Shown piece by piece: positions 58,686 to 63,405 of a stretch of 63,405 bases of DNA. Under the pieces are notes generated by a model. That model was not told where the DNA came from. It searched no databases and saw only the letters and a list, made by a program, of their open reading frames with translations. This DNA comes from Klebsormidium nitens (Eukaryota; Plantae; Klebsormidiophyceae): the NCBI GenBank assembly GCA_000708835.1, contig DF237475.1, forward strand, positions 1 through 63,405. Direction: 5' to 3'. The translations under genes were made by a program, and so were the position numbers. The stretch's first letter is position 1. Every line of letters begins with the position of its first letter.

Positions 58686-60755
58686 CACTACGGCTCGCAT
58701 CCTAGTATATATGTTGAGAAGCAACTGCGTTGACGGACACGTAACATATTCACTCATACACGCAGCACCGGTTTCCTCAGCGTTTCCAGAGCAGCAGCTG
58801 ACGATTAGCCACAATCAGGCGTTACATCGGACGACATTAAATCTGTGAGGAAGTTTCAAAAGCTACCCATTCGGTCCATTCGTGTATTCAAATGGTAGAT
58901 GCCGGTGGATGTGTGTAACCAAAGCTGATTGTCATACTGCTTTTGTCGCATTGAAACAGCGCTATCATGGCTTGTACAGTGCGCATAAAGGGTGTATACT
59001 TTGCTACGTGCATAGATCGTAGACATGATCTGCATATTCAAACATTCGAAAGCGTCCTGGACGGCTAGCTAGACGTATACAAAGATGGCGTTCAAGAACA
59101 GTGTCCTGGCATGTTTCGCGAGGAGCAGAGGTTGAGTCGAATTTGACACAACACGTTCCTTTGGCGCAAACCCAAAAAACTGTCATTGTCTCGGGACTGG
59201 AACTTGAATTGGGAGGCACAATTGCCTTCACGCACTTACAACGATGATTAATTCTTCCAGTCAGGCCAAGCTAGCTTGACACCAACAGACAAAATGCAAC
59301 CGGAAATCCCTGCATTGCCAAGCTCGCGGCTTGTGATGTATGAAGAGCTTGGAAAGCCTCATCGGTTGCATGGCAATTTTCAGGCTCATGTGGCAAGCGA
59401 CAGTGACAGAAGAAATGATGCAGCTCTTTATCTCTTGTCAAACCTTGACCGGCAAAAGTCGAAGTGACTCATATTTCTTCCAAACTCACTCGTCCGTAAA
59501 GTCTGGTACTATGTACACAGTCCTTAGGGTGCTGTCTAGCTCAACGGCAACCTAGACGTCTTTCGTACGACCTCTTGACATGTACTCTTCCCAGTTTAGC
59601 TGTTTGCATCCAAAGCGATAAGGACATCACAGATCAGATCCGTTAATTGAGATCATTTGGACTTTTTGGGTACCTCACAAAGGCAAGTTGTCGAGATTCG
59701 ACGGAAGAGGCGCCCGGCGCGCGGCGGCGCGCCCAGCGGCGGCCGAAGCAGTGCGCAGAACTTCTCAGGAACTTCCAGGCTATCCTTAGGCGCCTGTATT
59801 GCCTTGTCAGTGTAGCACGGCCGTTTAATTTGTGAAGGACACCATATTAAAAGCGCGCGCATGCGAAACTGTAGACTGGAAGCGGACACCCACTTGGAGC
59901 AATTGCAATATCATTCGCCACATATACCGAGCATATACCTGACCAAAAACACGTACTGACGTCCGTTTAAGCCACGATCTCAACGATCGTTTGCAAGGCT
60001 TTGAAGCAACTTCGGAGAACGGGTTGAAATCAAGACGGAAATGATTAAGATGCAGGAGCTGTCAAGTGCTTCGCGAGAGGAACGAACAACTTCCACCTTC
60101 TCAATCTATTATTATCTGCGTTCTTGCAATTTGTCCATTCATTGGCAAGGATGCACACCTCCATTTTGGTGGCGCCTGATACAACTTGAAGCGATTGCAT
60201 CAACGCCTTTACTTACCTCCGAGCTTAGCCTGAGGCAATTCGGTTGATTCTTCAGGAGAGCCGCATCACCGCGCATCATATCATGCAACCCGCCTTTCTT
60301 CGCTGCCTCAGTATGGATTCCTGATCGACGTACAGGCAAACGCAGTTGATCCCGTGTCCTTGCAGGTTATGGGTTTATGGTATGAAAAACCCAGATGTGT
60401 ACGTTTATACGTTGCACCGAGATAGACCTGTGACACTGCATGAAAATATGCAAATGAGTGGTACGACATCCTACAAAGTACGGATCAAAGAAGTGCCAAA
60501 TGCATCTGCAAATGCTGTGTGCATTAGCAATTGAGCCCCAGATCTGATCGCCGCCTGTAGGCGGCCAGATCATAGATGTGCTGGATGCCCGCTAGATGAC
60601 AATCAGTGCACAGTATTGGCATACAACTCAGGCTCCCTAGCAATTGAGATCATTGCCGGTCGAGTCGGGGCCGAGTCACAATAGATTGGAGCAGACTGGA
60701 GACCTGAAGTTACTGACACTATCACAGACTGACAAGTGCTATCACAGTCATGAAA

Positions 60756-60936
60756 CTCAAGAAGAATAATAGTAAGCCCAGATATAGTAAGGTTAAACCG
60801 CACTGTGACGGGTAGGGTTAGTATGGTAGTTAGGGTGGGTACGGGTGCGGAGCGGGTATTTTATTTAAGGTTAGGGGTTTCAGTGTTAGTCGGAGCTTAT
60901 TATTATCTCATGGCTTACTATTATCTTTCTCCGGAG
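60756..60936. mobile_element. Short inverted-repeat (MITE-like) element, copy 2 of the 6227-6382 family
   Basis: Ends ctcaagaagaataatagtaagcccagatatagtaag and cttattattatctcatggcttactattatctttctccggag are inverted. The core is shared with copy 1. Confidence 0.75.
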
Positions 60937-60993
60937 TTATATCACAGACTGGCAGTGTCGTCTTGAATGGTATGGGACATTCAGATAAGTGAC

Positions 60994-61565
60994 ATTAGCC
61001 TGGGAAGGTCATTTGAAGCCTGTGGTACCCCCCCTATTTTTTTAATGAGGGGGGGGAGCATAGGGCCCCGAGCCGCGCTCGGGGCCCCTATGGGGGGGGG
61101 ACACACCCACACTTTCCTCACGGGCGTGCTTGATATGGGGGCACCTTTAACGAGCTTAGCCTTTTAGGTAGCTCAAGGGGGGGGAGCATGGAGCCCGGTC
61201 CCCATTTACATGTGATTCTAGGCTAAATCAAGCTCCAAATGGCGTATATGAACTAATATTCGTCAAAAACTCCTTGCAAAATGCCCCTTACGATCGAAAA
61301 TTTTGAACGCAGATTAGCAAGGAAAACGGTTTCATTCGCGCCCGCATAAGCGACTTCTCTATCCAATTTTGGCTTCTCCCAAATACAGATCTACAGATAT
61401 GGGGGGGGTACCCGGGGCCTTGATCCGGGAAAAATACATGGGAGGGGGGCCCGACCCTCCGATTCCACTTGGGCCGTGGGTATGGGGGGGGGACCCAGCG
61501 CTACCGACAAAAACCCTCTACAAATAATTAGGGGGGGTACCACTTCAAAGTGACCTTCCGCTAAT
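60994..61565. mobile_element. G-run-rich element of about 570 bp with imperfect terminal inverted repeats
   Basis: attagcctgggaaggtcatttgaagcctgtggtaccccccctatt (60994 onward) matches the reverse complement of 61522-61565 (attagcggaaggtcactttgaagtggtaccccccctaatt) with small gaps. There is an internal hairpin at 61059-61092 and many G6-G10 runs. Confidence 0.6.
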
Positions 61566-62231
61566 ACAAAGAGAACGACGCTTCCGCGCATTCTGATCAC
61601 CAGCGGTCCAGCCATGTGGCATGCAGAACCTCAGATGGGTAGCCGAATCTCGATTTTGGCCGGTCTGATAGCGCATTGGCTCTGTCTTTTTGGGCTGTCC
61701 GGAAACGCGGGACGGTCATCAGACGGTTCAGGAAAAACGTTGGTCCAATTTTGCAAGTCATGCTGACGCAATCAGAATCATGGCTGCCAAGCTCCTTTTT
61801 GGACCTAGGCTAACATTAGCAGCGGCGCATCTCAAAGTATTGAAGATACGAATGATACACATGAATACAGCTTCTCAACATGTAGTGTATTCAAAATGTT
61901 GAAGCTGTGGACACTTTCATGAGCTTCTGAGATGGTCATTTACCCCTTCTGCCCAGGCTGCAAAGCGTATCGTATGGTTTTCGGAAGCACAAAAGCACTC
62001 TTGTCTGCCCTTGCAGGCAACGACTTGCAGGCTGTACTTCGACCAGAATGGACCTTGGTGGGACCTTGCTTGTCATTTTTCAGCTGGAACATGCGAAACG
62101 AACAAGATGATTGCAAGGAAAGAAGAGCATTGAGCTGCATTGTGGTGCCGCGGCCTGAGGTGCCATGGCTTCGGCCCTGGCAATCAGCTCACTAGCGCGA
62201 CTCTCCAGCTGTGTCCACAACAACTTGCCTA

Positions 62232-62510
62232 TCCTGGGCCCGGAGGTTGCCAGAGTCGCCCGCGACGTTGCGCGACTTTCCGCGATTCTGCGCGACTTTG
62301 CGCGATCGCTCCGCGGGCCGCTCCGCGACTTTGTTCCGCGAACTTCGCGACCTTCACCGCAACTTTATAACTTTTTGGAAAACATGTTTTGAGCGGCAAG
62401 TTTTGTGTTTGGATGCTTGCAATGCTTCGCGACGTTCCGCGACGTTCCGCGACTTTCCGCGACTTTCGTCCGCGACTTTCCCCGCGACCTTGCGACCTCC
62501 GGGTCCAGGA
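62232..62510. mobile_element. TA-flanked MITE-like element (279 bp) filled with CGCGA repeats
   Basis: TA|tcctgggcccggaggt ... acctccgggtccagga|TA gives a 15/16 inverted match, with TA at 62230-62231 and 62511-62512. Fourteen same-strand CGCGA motifs lie inside. Confidence 0.8.
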
Positions 62511-63130
62511 TATCACAACCAAGTCAGTGGCATGCAGTCCATTCACGGTCTGATTCATTGGATTAGGCCCCTTCTTCTCCGATTTGACAGCCGAATCGAG
62601 CGGTTCAAAGATTGGTTTATTCGATCGGACGGTTCCGCTATCATATTTGCGGATCCCTCAGGCAAACAAAGATTCGGCAACCCACCGGCCTATAGCTATA
62701 TAGCTGCCTGCACTGTTTGAGCCCGCGGCCGCGCGCCGTGGAGCCGAACAGGGTTTACGGCTGGTTTACGACCGCGCGTGGTAGACCCGCACCGTGACGC
62801 TGAAAGCGAGTTACCACGTGAGAAGGAGGGTTTGCGCGACCCGACTTGACGGTCTCGTCCCGACGTCCCCGTCTCGTCGGGTACAATTGGCATTTAAGGT
62901 GGTAAGACGGTATTCAACAGTGGAGCAATTTCAAAACCCTATATCTTGATGTAGACATCATGGATTTGCATTCCGTTTTTTCGAGGTGGTTGAGGGCATT
63001 GAGAAGCATGTTTGAAGGCCCCTCGAGCAATGATATAGCATGCGAGAGGAGAACGAAGCACATGAGAAGTTGGCAAAATGCGCAGTTTTTGCTGCAGACC
63101 CCCCTCTCAAAACGGCTTTTTAGGAGCAAA

Positions 63131-63405
63131 TCTAAAAGATAGAATGTGCTCGGAAGGGAGGCTTTTATCATGGGGGGATGCTGGGATGTCATCGTTTTTT
63201 TGGTAGCTCGATCAAACTAGCGGTGTACCAAATACCACCATGATTTTCCGAAAAACCCTGTTTCTGCGCAGTTTTCATGGAATTTGGAAAAAACATGGTG
63301 GTATTTGGTACACCGCTAGTTTGATCGAGCTACCAAAAAAACGGTGACATCCGAGCATCCCCCCATGATGAAAGCCTCCCTTCCGAGCACATTCTATCTT
63401 TTAGA
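63131..63405. repeat. Long inverted repeat (112-bp arms, 51-bp spacer) reaching the window end
   Basis: 63131-63242 is the reverse complement of 63294-63405 with 3 mismatches. Confidence 0.95.

Noticed and set aside
62261-62490. CGCG boxes as CAMTA binding sites
   Set aside because: The CAMTA consensus is vCGCGb, whereas these motifs are followed by A, and they lie inside a transposon-like element away from a known promoter.

Overview
Eukaryotic, intron-rich genomic DNA with GC-rich exons and GT-AG introns (plus one inferred GC-AG intron). Land-plant-type genes (GAD, a TPR3-like protein, a plant Tweety-like membrane protein) sit beside an axonemal dynein heavy chain. This suggests a flagellate-stage streptophyte alga such as Klebsormidium (inference). 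Gene models built by hand from splice sites and reading phase, left to right: TPR protein (-), glutamate decarboxylase (+, 10 exons), a multi-exon gene ending in coiled coil plus RING finger (-), a WWE-domain exon (-), a Tweety-like protein (+, 10 exons), a MYND-finger protein (-), a 22-exon dynein heavy chain of about 4300 aa (+), and an orphan ORF. Several short inverted-repeat elements are also present, four of them clustered at 60.7-63.4 kb. Two observations stand out. First, the dynein heavy chain is full length and in frame, with a conserved stalk and microtubule-binding domain, but its AAA1 catalytic motifs are destroyed, making it a candidate pseudo-motor. Second, GAD introns carry serial copies of their own splice junctions, and each decoy site would introduce a premature stop. 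No rRNA, tRNA or CRISPR array was recognised. All alignments were done by eye and no database search was run.
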